62,813 bases of DNA from a virus, in IMG/VR virus record IMGVR_UViG_3300030118_004366, positions 1 through 62,813 of that record; one strand, 5' to 3'. Positions 31,473 to 41,636 of the stretch are shown here, in pieces; positions within the stretch are counted from its first letter, which is position 1, and each line of letters begins with the position of its first letter. Below the pieces are notes generated by a model. The model worked only from the letters and a program-made list of their open reading frames with translations. It searched no databases and was not told the origin of the DNA. A program made the position numbers and the translations under genes.

Positions 31473-33699
31473 TATTTCTAATTTATGTAAAGGATTAATT
31501 CCTTCAAACATATTATCTCGGAAAAATAAAGCGAGAACTTGGCGATATGGATATGATGAAAAATATGACATAATTATTATTTCAAAAGACGGAACTATTG
31601 GGGATATTTTACATATATCAGGATTGCGTATTGCATTACCATCTGTTCCCAAGAAAGTGTTTAAACGGTCTGATAAAAAAACTGAACAATACTGGGAAGT
31701 AACAGATATACCACCTGTTTTAAAAAGAATATCATCTATATTTCAGTGGCATGAAGCTCCCTCTACATTTAAAAACCAATGGGTTGATTACATAGAAGAA
31801 GAGTTTAATAGAAGAGAAGAAGGTTTTTGGTTTATGAATAATGGTGAACCTACCTACATCACTGGTACACATTATATGTATTTACAGTGGACTAAAATAG
31901 ATGTTGGTCATCCAGATTATAGAGAAGCTAATAGAATATTTTATTTATTCTGGGAAGCTTGTAAAGCTGACAAAAGAAGTTTTGGAATGTGTTATTTAAA
32001 AATAAGACGTTCTGGTTTTTCATTTATGAGTTCATGCGAAGGTGTAAATACAGGTACAATAACAAAAAATGCACGTATAGGAATATTATCTAAAACAGGA
32101 GCAGATGCAAAAAAAATGTTTACAGACAAAATAGTTCCAATATCTAACAACTATCCTTTCTTTTTTAAACCCATACAAGACGGTATGGATAAACCAAAAA
32201 CAGAATTAGCATATAGAGTGCCAGCTTCAAAGATTACAAAAAAGAATATGTTTAATGTTGAAGAAGAAGTGTTAGAGGGTTTGGATACAACTATAGATTG
32301 GAAGAATACATCTGATAATAGTTATGATGGAGAAAAATTACAGCTATTAATACATGATGAAAGTGGTAAGTGGGAAAAACCTGAAAACATTTTAAATAAC
32401 TGGAGAGTTACAAAGACGTGTTTAAGATTGGGTAGTAAAATAATTGGTAAATGTATGATGGGCTCTACTTCAAACGCCCTTGATAAAGGGGGTAGAAACT
32501 TTAAAAGTTTATACAATGATTCTGATTGCACCAAAAGAAATGCAAATGGACAAACAAAAAGCGGATTATATTCTTTGTTTGTTCCTATGGAATGGAACAT
32601 GGAAGGCTTTATAGATAGGTATGGTATGCCTGTATTAGACAATCCAAAACAAGAAGTGGTAGGAATAGATAATGAATACATATATCAAGGTGCTGTAAAT
32701 TATTGGGAAAATGAAGTTGTTTCTTTAAAAAATGACCCTGATGCTTTGAATGAGTATTACAGACAATTTCCTCGCTCAGAGTCACATGCTTTTAGAGATG
32801 AAAGTAAACAATCTATATTTAATTTAACTAAAATATATCAACAGATAGATTATAATGATAGTATAATTAAAGAACACTTTATAACCCAAGGTTCTTTTAG
32901 TTGGGAAAACGGAATAAAAGACACTAAGGTGGTTTGGACTCCAAATAAAAGAGGAAGATTTTTTGTAACTTACATTCCTAAACGCTCTCTTCAAAACAAT
33001 GTTATAAGAAAGAATAATAGATTCTTTCCAGGCAATGAACATTTGGGTACATTTGGCTGTGACTCTTATGATATATCAGGTGTTGTAGTTGGTAAAGGTT
33101 CTAATGGTTCTTTACATGGTTTAACCAAGTTTAGTATGGAAGAAATTCCAAGTAATCATTTTTTTTTAGAATATATTGCCAGGCCACAAACAGCTGAAAT
33201 ATTTTTTGAGGAAGTATTAATGGCATGTGTATTTTACGGCATGCCAATATTATGTGAAAATAATAAACCTCGTTTGTTATATCATTTTAAAAATAGAGGA
33301 TATCGAGGGTTTTGTTTAAACAGACCTGACAAAACATTTAATAAACTTTCTAAAAGTGAAAGAGAATTAGGTGGTATACCAAACACGTCAGAAGATGTTA
33401 AACAATCACACGCGTCTGCTATCGAATCATATATTGAAAAATATATAGGTATTGATACGGATGGAGTGCATAGAGTACAAGGTGATATGGGTGATATGTA
33501 TTTTCAAAGAACACTTGAAGATTGGGCCAAGTTTGATATAAATAATAGAACTAAGTTTGATGCTTCCATAAGCTCAGGATTAGCAGTTATGGCAAACCAA
33601 AAACACTTATATACACCGACTAAAGAAAAGACAAAAATTAGCATTAACTTTGCAAGATATAATAACAGCGAAAAAGTTAGTCGAATTATTAATAAATGA
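31450..33699 (+). CDS. terL: Terminase large subunit
   Basis: 749 aa with a deviant Walker A-like ..LKIRRSGFS.., a Walker B ..LQLLIHDESG.. and a C-terminal nuclease-like ..FGCDSYD... It is followed by the portal gene with overlapping stop and start. Confidence 0.75.
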   Translation: MQNVTQNNISNLCKGLIPSNILSRKNKARTWRYGYDEKYDIIIISKDGTIGDILHISGLRIALPSVPKKVFKRSDKKTEQYWEVTDIPPVLKRISSIFQWHEAPSTFKNQWVDYIEEEFNRREEGFWFMNNGEPTYITGTHYMYLQWTKIDVGHPDYREANRIFYLFWEACKADKRSFGMCYLKIRRSGFSFMSSCEGVNTGTITKNARIGILSKTGADAKKMFTDKIVPISNNYPFFFKPIQDGMDKPKTELAYRVPASKITKKNMFNVEEEVLEGLDTTIDWKNTSDNSYDGEKLQLLIHDESGKWEKPENILNNWRVTKTCLRLGSKIIGKCMMGSTSNALDKGGRNFKSLYNDSDCTKRNANGQTKSGLYSLFVPMEWNMEGFIDRYGMPVLDNPKQEVVGIDNEYIYQGAVNYWENEVVSLKNDPDALNEYYRQFPRSESHAFRDESKQSIFNLTKIYQQIDYNDSIIKEHFITQGSFSWENGIKDTKVVWTPNKRGRFFVTYIPKRSLQNNVIRKNNRFFPGNEHLGTFGCDSYDISGVVVGKGSNGSLHGLTKFSMEEIPSNHFFLEYIARPQTAEIFFEEVLMACVFYGMPILCENNKPRLLYHFKNRGYRGFCLNRPDKTFNKLSKSERELGGIPNTSEDVKQSHASAIESYIEKYIGIDTDGVHRVQGDMGDMYFQRTLEDWAKFDINNRTKFDASISSGLAVMANQKHLYTPTKEKTKISINFARYNNSEKVSRIINK

Positions 33700-36131
33700 A
33701 ACAAGTAGAAATTAACTTAAAAGCAGCTGCATTTCCAGATGAATTTGCCTCCGATGCACAAAAAGATACAGCGGAGTACGGCCTGCAAGTTGGACAGGCT
33801 ATTCAATATGAATGGTTTAGAAAAGATAATGGGTCATGTAGATATTTTAATCAGTATGCTGAGTTCAACAGGTTGCGTTTGTACGCACGTGGTGAACAGT
33901 CTGTACAAAAGTATAAAAACGAAATTGCTATTGATGGCGATTTATCCTACCTTAATTTAGATTGGACACCAGTTCCAATAATTCCAAAGTTTGTAGATAT
34001 TGTAGTAAATGGTTTAAATGATAGATTGTTTAAAGTAAATGCTTTTGCAGAAGATGCAATGTCAGCAGAAAAAAGAGATGAGTTTCAAAAGAAAATAGAA
34101 GGAGAGATGATTGCGCGTCCTTTGTTTCAGCAAATTGAAGAAGACTTTGAGTTAAATGTATTTCAAACTGCAGAAGATGAATTGCCAGAAAATGATGAAG
34201 AGTTAGAGTTATTCATGCAAATGAAATATAAACCAGCTGTAGAGATTGCAGCTGAAGAAGCAATCGATACTGTATTAAATCAAAACCATTATCAAGATAT
34301 TCGTAAAAGAGTTGATTATGATATAATGACTATTGGAGTTGGTATGACTAAACATCAATTTTTACCAGGTCAGGGTATTGAACTAAACTATGTTGACCCA
34401 GCTAATGTTGTCTATAGTTATACTGAAGACCCTTATTTTAAAGATTGTTTTTATTGGGGTGAATTAAAAACTATACCAATGGCTGAGCTTGTAAAAATAA
34501 ATCCTGACATTACAAATGAAGAAATGCAGGAGATAGCAAAGTATAGTCAGTCTTGGTATAATTATTACAATAATGCACAATACTATGAGAACTCTTTGTT
34601 TTATAGAGATACTTGTACATTACTTTATTTTAATTATAAAACTACCCACACATTTGTATATAAGAAAAAAGAAATGCCAGATGGTACTTTCAAAGTTGTA
34701 CAAAAAGATGAAAGCTTTAACCCACCAGAAGAAATGATGGCTGAAGGAAAGTTTGAAAGAGTTGAAAAAAAGATAGAAGTATGGTATGATGGTATTATGG
34801 TTATGGGCACAAACATTCTTTTAAAATGGGAGCTTGCTGAAAATATGGTTAGACCAAAAGCTGCAAGTCAAAATGCTTTACCTAATTATGTAGCTTGTGC
34901 TCCTCGATTATACAAAGGTATGTACGAGTCTTTAGTAAGAAGAATGATTCCTTTTGCAGATTTAATTCAGGTTACACATTTAAAGTTACAGCAAGTAATA
35001 TCCAGAATGGTCCCAGATGGTGTTTTTATAGACGCTGATGGACTTAATGAGGTTGACTTGGGTACTGGTAACGCTTATAATCCTGAAGATGCTCTGCGTC
35101 TTTATTTTCAAACTGGTAGTGTTGTAGGTAGAAGCTTTACTCAAGACGGTGAATTTAATAACGCAAAGGTTCCAATAACACAACTAACATCAAATAGTGG
35201 TGGGGCTAAAATGCAAATGTTAATAGCTAACTATAATCATTATCTTGACATGATTAGAACTGTAACTGGTTTAAATGAAGCTCGTGATGGTTCTACCCCA
35301 AATCCTGACGCATTAGTTGGTGTACAAAAATTAGCTGCACTTAATTCTAACACAGCTACCAGACATATATTAAACGCCAGTCTGTACATTACCAGAAGAT
35401 TAGCAGAGGGTATAGTTTTAAGAACAGCAGATGTTTTAGAATACTCTGAATTTAAAGACCAGTTTGCTATGCAAATTGGTAAGTATAATTTAAACTTACT
35501 TGAAGATATTAAAAATTTATATCTGTATAGCTTTGGAATATTCTTAGAATTAGCTCCAGATGAAGAAGAAAGAGCAATGCTTGAAGCAAATATTCAGATG
35601 GCTTTATCTAAAAATGATATTAATTTAGAGGATGCGTTAGACATTAGAGAGATACATAATTTAAAAATGGCCAACCAACTTCTCAAAACTAAAAGAAAAA
35701 AGAAAGCTCAAATGGAACAGCAGCAAGCTCAAATGCAACAAGCCGCACAAGCTGAGATGCAGCAACAAGCAGCTATGATGTCGGCCCAACAAGAGCAGCA
35801 ACGAATTGCAGCAGAGACTCAATCTAAAATGCAAATTAAACAAGCTGAAATAGCTATGGAAATAGAAAAGATGAAGAATGAGGCTATGTTAAAATCACAA
35901 CTTATGGAAACTGAGTTTGCTTATAATATGCAATTAAAAGGTATAGAGCAATCTCAAATAGATGCAAGAGAAAAGGCAAAAGAAAAAGGTAAGTCAGATA
36001 GAATTAGCCAGGCTAACACTCAACAATCTAAACTTATAGAACAAAGAAAAAGAAATTTACCAGCAGTAAAGTTTGAATCAAATGAAGATACTTTAGATGG
36101 TTTTGATTTGGCAGAGTTTGGACCTAAATAA
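33696..36131 (+). CDS. Portal protein (putative)
   Basis: 811 aa. The call rests on its position after terL, its size and a Gln-rich helical C-terminus. Confidence 0.55.
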   Translation: MKQVEINLKAAAFPDEFASDAQKDTAEYGLQVGQAIQYEWFRKDNGSCRYFNQYAEFNRLRLYARGEQSVQKYKNEIAIDGDLSYLNLDWTPVPIIPKFVDIVVNGLNDRLFKVNAFAEDAMSAEKRDEFQKKIEGEMIARPLFQQIEEDFELNVFQTAEDELPENDEELELFMQMKYKPAVEIAAEEAIDTVLNQNHYQDIRKRVDYDIMTIGVGMTKHQFLPGQGIELNYVDPANVVYSYTEDPYFKDCFYWGELKTIPMAELVKINPDITNEEMQEIAKYSQSWYNYYNNAQYYENSLFYRDTCTLLYFNYKTTHTFVYKKKEMPDGTFKVVQKDESFNPPEEMMAEGKFERVEKKIEVWYDGIMVMGTNILLKWELAENMVRPKAASQNALPNYVACAPRLYKGMYESLVRRMIPFADLIQVTHLKLQQVISRMVPDGVFIDADGLNEVDLGTGNAYNPEDALRLYFQTGSVVGRSFTQDGEFNNAKVPITQLTSNSGGAKMQMLIANYNHYLDMIRTVTGLNEARDGSTPNPDALVGVQKLAALNSNTATRHILNASLYITRRLAEGIVLRTADVLEYSEFKDQFAMQIGKYNLNLLEDIKNLYLYSFGIFLELAPDEEERAMLEANIQMALSKNDINLEDALDIREIHNLKMANQLLKTKRKKKAQMEQQQAQMQQAAQAEMQQQAAMMSAQQEQQRIAAETQSKMQIKQAEIAMEIEKMKNEAMLKSQLMETEFAYNMQLKGIEQSQIDAREKAKEKGKSDRISQANTQQSKLIEQRKRNLPAVKFESNEDTLDGFDLAEFGPK

Positions 36132-36137
36132 TTTTTT

Positions 36138-36692
36138 ATGGGCAGTCTTCCTTCTATGTTTAGTGATTTCAACATCAAGAAATATAAAGTAATTAAGTAT
36201 CCCTCTGATATAAGTTTACAAACTCTTAATGAAATAAAATCTTTGCAAACTCAACGCATGGATGTTGCTTACGCAGATAAATATGATGATATCAACGAGT
36301 CGTTTAAACGACTTTTTAAAAACCGAACAAGAGAATATCCAGAAGAATTAGTAAATGATGTAATAGAAAACTCTTCTAAGGTTATTTTAAAAATAAAAAA
36401 TTATCACGATAGACCAAGACCTGATAAACTGGCAAAAAAATTTGGCATAAGTTTGTTGTATCATAAAATGAAAAGTGCACAGACACCAGCTTTTCCATCA
36501 GGACATTCAGCTCAAGGTAGAATGATAGCATTAATTTTGGGAGATATGTTTCCTGAAATGAAAAAAGAACTTATGGATGTTTCAAACCATATATCTAAAA
36601 GCAGAATAGTTGCACGTGTGCACTACAAATCTGACAAAGAGGTAGGTGAAAAACTGGGAGAAGACATGTATAACTATTTGAAAAACGCCTAA
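36138..36692 (+). CDS. PAP2-superfamily (type 2 acid phosphatase / haloperoxidase-like) enzyme
   Basis: 184 aa with all three signature motifs: K-IKNYHD-RP, PSGH and SR-IVARV-H-YKS-D. No obvious TM helices. Confidence 0.85.
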   Translation: MGSLPSMFSDFNIKKYKVIKYPSDISLQTLNEIKSLQTQRMDVAYADKYDDINESFKRLFKNRTREYPEELVNDVIENSSKVILKIKNYHDRPRPDKLAKKFGISLLYHKMKSAQTPAFPSGHSAQGRMIALILGDMFPEMKKELMDVSNHISKSRIVARVHYKSDKEVGEKLGEDMYNYLKNA

Positions 36693-36713
36693 AAATGGTA
36701 AATAATTATTGTT

Positions 36714-36721
36714 TAATTTTG
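36714..36721 (+). promoter_or_regulatory. -7 box TAATTTTG
   Basis: TAnnTTTG match 17 nt upstream of the ATG at 36738. Confidence 0.45.
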
Positions 36722-36737
36722 TTAAAAATTTAATCTA

Positions 36738-37877
36738 ATGGAAATAAAAGTAAAAGCAGTGGATGGCAACACTCAAAAATCAAAAGCCGAAATAGAAGAG
36801 CAGTTGTTGCAAAAACATGAAGCTCAACAAAATGAAACTCAAGCTGAGGCGAAGCCTGAAAAGGTTGAACCACAAGCAGAAGTAAAGGAAAAACCAGCAG
36901 AGGAAACTCCAGCTGCAGAAGAAAAAACTCCCTCGTCAGAGTTAAATGACGAACATGTTCTTAATTTTATTAAAGAAAGATATAATAAAGACATTAATTC
37001 AGTACAAGAATTATTTGAAACAAAAGAATCAAATGTAGAATTGCCTGATGATGTTAAATTATATTTTGATTATAAAAAAGAAACAGGCCGTGGAATCGAA
37101 GACTTTTATAAATTACAAAAGAACTACGATGAAATGGACGAAGATTCAGTTTTAGCTGACTATCTCGGTGTTCAGGAGGAAGGTCTTGATGCCATAGATA
37201 TTCAAGATATAATGGACGACAGATTCGGATATGATAAAGAAGAAGATGACGAAAAGGATATTAAGAAGAAAAAGTTAGCTAAAAAGAGAGAGCTTGCAAA
37301 AGCAAGAAAGTTTTTTAAAGAACAGAAAGATAAGTATAAAGTCCCTCTTGAGTCAAGTGGGGGTGGATTATCTGATGAACAAGAAAACAATCTTAATGCT
37401 TACAAGACATTGTTAGAGGAATCTAATTCTCAGAAGGAAAGCTTCCAGCTTATGAGAAAAAATTTTGAGGAGCGTACAAACAAAGTGTTTGGCGATGAAT
37501 TCAAAGGTTTTGAGTTTAACGTTAGCGACGACAAATCTATTCTCTATAAACCAGGGACTGCTGAAGAATTAAAGAACAAGCAAATGGATTTCAATAATTT
37601 CATCTCAAAATATAATGATGAGAATGGACTTATGAAAGACGCAGCGGGATATCATAGAGCTATGTCAATAGCTATGAATCCTGAAAAGTTTGCAAAGTTT
37701 TTTTATGAGCAGGGTGTTGCTGCAACAGTAGATGATGTAGCAAGAAAATCTAAGAATATCAATATGGATGTTCGTAGAGCCCCGCAACTTAGCACGAAAA
37801 ATAGTTTAAAAATAAAAGCTGTAGGAGATACTTCAAGTGGTAGAGGACTCAAAATTAGAAGTATTAAAAAAGTTTAA
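36738..37877 (+). CDS. Scaffolding protein (putative)
   Basis: 379 aa, acidic, rich in Glu/Lys and helical. It lies immediately upstream of the capsid gene. Confidence 0.5.
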   Translation: MEIKVKAVDGNTQKSKAEIEEQLLQKHEAQQNETQAEAKPEKVEPQAEVKEKPAEETPAAEEKTPSSELNDEHVLNFIKERYNKDINSVQELFETKESNVELPDDVKLYFDYKKETGRGIEDFYKLQKNYDEMDEDSVLADYLGVQEEGLDAIDIQDIMDDRFGYDKEEDDEKDIKKKKLAKKRELAKARKFFKEQKDKYKVPLESSGGGLSDEQENNLNAYKTLLEESNSQKESFQLMRKNFEERTNKVFGDEFKGFEFNVSDDKSILYKPGTAEELKNKQMDFNNFISKYNDENGLMKDAAGYHRAMSIAMNPEKFAKFFYEQGVAATVDDVARKSKNINMDVRRAPQLSTKNSLKIKAVGDTSSGRGLKIRSIKKV

Positions 37878-37897
37878 CAAATTAAAATTTTAAAATT

Positions 37898-39370
37898 ATG
37901 GCAGTAAATATTAGCCCAGGCTTCGACTTACAACCATCGGCTCAACAGGTTCCTGTTGAAACGAATTATATCAAAGATTTTGATTTCTTGAATCAGTATC
38001 TACCAGATACTTACGAGAAAGAATTTGAAAGATATGGTAATAGAAGCATTAGTTCATTCCTACGTATGGTAGGAGCAGAAATGCCTTCTAACTCTGACCT
38101 TATTAAATGGGCAGAGCAAGGAAGATTGCATATTAAATACAAAGCATGTACTTCAGCAGCTGCTGCAGGTACAGACTCTGGAGCAGTTTGGACAATTCCA
38201 AATAACTTAACTAACTTCAATCCTGCGTTAGCTAACCCTAACACAGCGAGAGATGCTAAAAACGTTATTAGAGTAGGTCAAACTGTAATGATTTCTGACA
38301 ACACTCCAGGTTCATCACTAACAAACAAAGCGATTGTTACAGCTGGACCAACTAACGCAAACCCTAATACATTTACAGTAGCTTATTATGAAGCAGCTGG
38401 ACAATCAGTAGCAGCGGGTGTAGCGTGTGATGTCTTTATTTACGGTTCTGAATTTGCAAAAGGAACTGAAGGAATGGTAGGTTCATTAGAATCTGACGAT
38501 TTCTTTTTTGACAATAAGCCAATTATCTTAAAAGATAAATACTCTGTATCAGGTTCTGATATGGCACAAATTGGCTGGGTTGAAGTAAGTGGAGAAGACG
38601 GAGTAAGTGGATACTTATGGTATCTAAAGTCTGAGCACGATACAAGACTAAGATTTGAAGACTACATGGAAACAGCTTTAGTAGAAGCAGTACCAGCTGA
38701 AGCAGCTTCGGGTGCTGGTGACTATTTACAAGGTACAGGTGCAGCTGCGTCTGTTGCTGGATTAAGTGGTTCTAAAGGTGTATTCTTTGAAGTAGGTGCA
38801 AGAGGTAATGTTTATGGTGGTGGTAACCCAACATCATTAGCTGACTTCGACAGCATTATTCAAAGATTAGATAAGCAAGGTGCAATCGAAGAAAATGTAA
38901 TCTTCGTAAACAGAAACTTCTCATTTGATATTGACGATATGTTATCAACACAAAACTCTTACGGAGGTGGTGGTACATCTTATGGTCTATTTGACAATGA
39001 TGAAGAAATGGCACTTAACCTTGGTTTCTCTGGATTTAGAAGAGGTTATGACTTTTATAAGTCTGACTGGAAATACCTAAATGACCCAACTATGAGAGGT
39101 GGATTAGTAGCAGGTGGTATCAATGGACTATTAGTTCCAGCTGGTTCTACTTCAGTTTATGACCAAATACTTGGTAAAAACGCTAAGAGACCATTCTTAC
39201 ATGTAAGATATAGAGCTTCTGAAGCAGAAGATAGAAGATATAAAACTTGGATTACTGGCTCAGCTGGTGGAGCAAGAACATCTTCTTTAGATGCAATGGA
39301 AGTTAACTTCTTATCTGAAAGAGCAGTTTGTGTTTTAGGTGCAAACAACTTCTTCTTATTCCAAAACTAA
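37898..39370 (+). CDS. Major capsid protein (putative)
   Basis: 490 aa. The call rests on its position after the scaffold-like gene, the strong terminator directly downstream and its Gly/Ala-rich composition. Confidence 0.6.
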   Translation: MAVNISPGFDLQPSAQQVPVETNYIKDFDFLNQYLPDTYEKEFERYGNRSISSFLRMVGAEMPSNSDLIKWAEQGRLHIKYKACTSAAAAGTDSGAVWTIPNNLTNFNPALANPNTARDAKNVIRVGQTVMISDNTPGSSLTNKAIVTAGPTNANPNTFTVAYYEAAGQSVAAGVACDVFIYGSEFAKGTEGMVGSLESDDFFFDNKPIILKDKYSVSGSDMAQIGWVEVSGEDGVSGYLWYLKSEHDTRLRFEDYMETALVEAVPAEAASGAGDYLQGTGAAASVAGLSGSKGVFFEVGARGNVYGGGNPTSLADFDSIIQRLDKQGAIEENVIFVNRNFSFDIDDMLSTQNSYGGGGTSYGLFDNDEEMALNLGFSGFRRGYDFYKSDWKYLNDPTMRGGLVAGGINGLLVPAGSTSVYDQILGKNAKRPFLHVRYRASEAEDRRYKTWITGSAGGARTSSLDAMEVNFLSERAVCVLGANNFFLFQN

Positions 39371-39391
39371 TAAGAAGTAAACACTAATATT

Positions 39392-39424
39392 AGGGGAGGT
39401 ATACTCCTCCCCTGATATTTTTTA
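39392..39424 (+). terminator. Rho-independent terminator after the capsid gene
   Basis: AGGGGAGG-tatact-CCTCCCCT followed by gatatttttt. Confidence 0.75.
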
Positions 39425-39448
39425 TTAATCAAATTAAATTTAAATAAA

Positions 39449-40207
39449 ATGAAAAAAGTAAATAAAGATAAATACGCAGATAAAGCCTATAGATTACTAC
39501 TTAGGCAAATACCGCTAACTTATATGTTAGCTTCAAGACACACCAACAGGTCCCCACTATTATGGTTTGATGAAGAAAAAGGAGTCAATAGGCCTCTTAG
39601 ATATGCACGAAATCAAAAGTCTCCATTTGAAGACGAGCAAGATGGAAATGCAGTATTAGAACCAGTAATGTTTGAGGATGGTATGTTGTCAGTTCCAAGA
39701 ACTAATCAATCGCTTCAAAAATTTTTATATTACCATCCATCTAATGGTAGTGTTTTTGAGGAAATCAACAATGAAAAAGATGCAGCTGCAGAATTAGCTT
39801 TTGTTGAAATGGGATTAGAAGCCCAAATTATGGCAAAGAATTTAAAAGGTGATGAGCTTGTTACAGTATGTAGAGTTCTAATGGGAGGTGCAGCCGATAG
39901 GCTCACAACCTCTGAATTAAAAAGAGATGTATTGTTATATGCAAAAAATAATCCACAAGATTTTATAGAAACGGTCAATGACCCTATGTTAAATCTATAT
40001 GGAGATGTTGTTCAGTTTTTTAATAACACCTGGTTGATTTTGAAAAACAATGGTAAGGATGTGTTTTTTAATCTTCCAAAAAATAAAAACAAATTATTGT
40101 CAGTACCGTTTGGTGAAGACCATTACTATATAGTAGCATCTTATTTTCAGGGTGATGACGGAGTTGAAACATATAAGCTGTTAAAGAAGAAGCTTAAAAA
40201 AGATTAA
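39449..40207 (+). CDS. Hypothetical virion-module protein
   Basis: 252-aa ORF. Confidence 0.6.
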   Translation: MKKVNKDKYADKAYRLLLRQIPLTYMLASRHTNRSPLLWFDEEKGVNRPLRYARNQKSPFEDEQDGNAVLEPVMFEDGMLSVPRTNQSLQKFLYYHPSNGSVFEEINNEKDAAAELAFVEMGLEAQIMAKNLKGDELVTVCRVLMGGAADRLTTSELKRDVLLYAKNNPQDFIETVNDPMLNLYGDVVQFFNNTWLILKNNGKDVFFNLPKNKNKLLSVPFGEDHYYIVASYFQGDDGVETYKLLKKKLKKD

Positions 40208-40217
40208 TAAGGAATCG

Positions 40218-40225
40218 TATCTTTG
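40218..40225 (+). promoter_or_regulatory. -7 box TATCTTTG
   Basis: Exact match 32 nt upstream of the ATG at 40257. Confidence 0.5.
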
Positions 40226-40256
40226 TGGTATTGTTTAACCCTTAAATTTTTTAACT

Positions 40257-40586
40257 ATGCTTAAATTTTTAAAAGTGGTGATTAGTGGAGTAGACTATTT
40301 AATACCTATCAATGAAATATTGCAGGTAGAAGTAGGTGCATCAACTAAAGTTGAAATTCTATACAAAATCAAAGGACACAGTGCAACTGGAGCGTCTGAG
40401 GTTTTAGGTGTAGAGCTTGCAGCTTCTGGTGCAGATGACGCATCTAAGTTAAATGAGCAACTAAATAGCATCGTAGATGGTATTGAAGATGCTCTTGCAA
40501 CTGCATGGTCAAAGCCTATTTATGTTCTTGAGCCAAAGTATCCTATTACTGGATTTGCTAAGATAGAGCAAGAGTGGTCAGCTTAA
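40257..40586 (+). CDS. Hypothetical small virion-module protein
   Basis: 109-aa ORF bracketed by a promoter box and a terminator, which suggests high expression. It may be a decoration or accessory capsid protein. Confidence 0.55.
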   Translation: MLKFLKVVISGVDYLIPINEILQVEVGASTKVEILYKIKGHSATGASEVLGVELAASGADDASKLNEQLNSIVDGIEDALATAWSKPIYVLEPKYPITGFAKIEQEWSA

Positions 40587-40613
40587 TCACTAATTAACCT
40601 TAGTTATGAAAGG

Positions 40614-40643
40614 GGCTTAAACAATTAAGCCTCTTTTTTTTTT
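40614..40643 (+). terminator. Rho-independent terminator
   Basis: GGCTTAA-acaa-TTAAGCC followed by a T-run of about 10 nt. Confidence 0.75.
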
Positions 40644-40646
40644 ACT

Positions 40647-40654
40647 TATATTTG
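40647..40654 (+). promoter_or_regulatory. -7 box TATATTTG
   Basis: It lies directly after the terminator, 16 nt upstream of the ATG at 40670. Confidence 0.5.
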
Positions 40655-40669
40655 TAGAAAGAATCTCGC

Positions 40670-41635
40670 ATGATAAATTCAGTTAGAAATACAGTATTGG
40701 CTATTGCCAATAAAAATAATTATGGGTACATATCCCCACAAGATTTCAATTTGTATTGTTTACAAGCTCAAATGGATTTGTTTGAAGATTATTTTTACCA
40801 ATATAATAATTGGATAAACAGAGAAAATCAGCGAACCTCAGGTACAGGTTATGCTGATATTATAAAAAACTTAGAAGAAGTAATAGATACTTTTTCTGCT
40901 ACAGCTTATTTAGCACAACCAGTTGCAAACCAAAATAACCAATATAATTTACCTGCAGACTATTATTTGATAAATAAAATATTTTATTATCCCACGTTAA
41001 AGGTAAGCGGGACATCAACTGGTTTATCTGCTGGGACTCTATTAGTTGATTCAACTCAAACATTTACAACATCAGTGTCTGTAGGAGATGTATTAACAAA
41101 TACTACAGACAATACTTCAGCATATATTACTGAAGTTAGGTCTGACACTATTTTGACTTTAAGTGAAAGCATAATGGCGTCAGGGGAAACATATAGTATA
41201 TATGACCAGTACAATATTACAGAGGTTGAAAGAGTAAATCAAAATAAATTATTTTATTTAACAAGCTCTAATCTAACATATCCTACTACGCAATATCCTG
41301 CTTATGTTTTAGGTGGTGCAAGTTCTAATGTTACACCTGGTGTATTAGGTAATACTATTTCAGTATATCCTACTACTATAACTCAGGGTGGCGCATTACA
41401 AGCACAATACATTAGATATCCATTAGCACCAAACTGGACGTATTTAACAACATCGGGTCAAGACCCTATATTTAATCCTGCTGCTGCTGACTACCAAAGT
41501 TTTGAGTTACCTGCATCTGATGAACCTAATTTAGTTGCAAAAATATGTCAGTATATAGGTATAGAAATAAGAGAGGATGCAGTATACAAATTTGGACAAA
41601 CAGAAGAATTAACAGATACACAAGAAACAAGCTAA
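40670..41635 (+). CDS. Virion structural protein (neck/adaptor or tail, putative)
   Basis: 321-aa ORF in the structural operon. Confidence 0.5.
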   Translation: MINSVRNTVLAIANKNNYGYISPQDFNLYCLQAQMDLFEDYFYQYNNWINRENQRTSGTGYADIIKNLEEVIDTFSATAYLAQPVANQNNQYNLPADYYLINKIFYYPTLKVSGTSTGLSAGTLLVDSTQTFTTSVSVGDVLTNTTDNTSAYITEVRSDTILTLSESIMASGETYSIYDQYNITEVERVNQNKLFYLTSSNLTYPTTQYPAYVLGGASSNVTPGVLGNTISVYPTTITQGGALQAQYIRYPLAPNWTYLTTSGQDPIFNPAAADYQSFELPASDEPNLVAKICQYIGIEIREDAVYKFGQTEELTDTQETS

Positions 41636-41636
41636 G

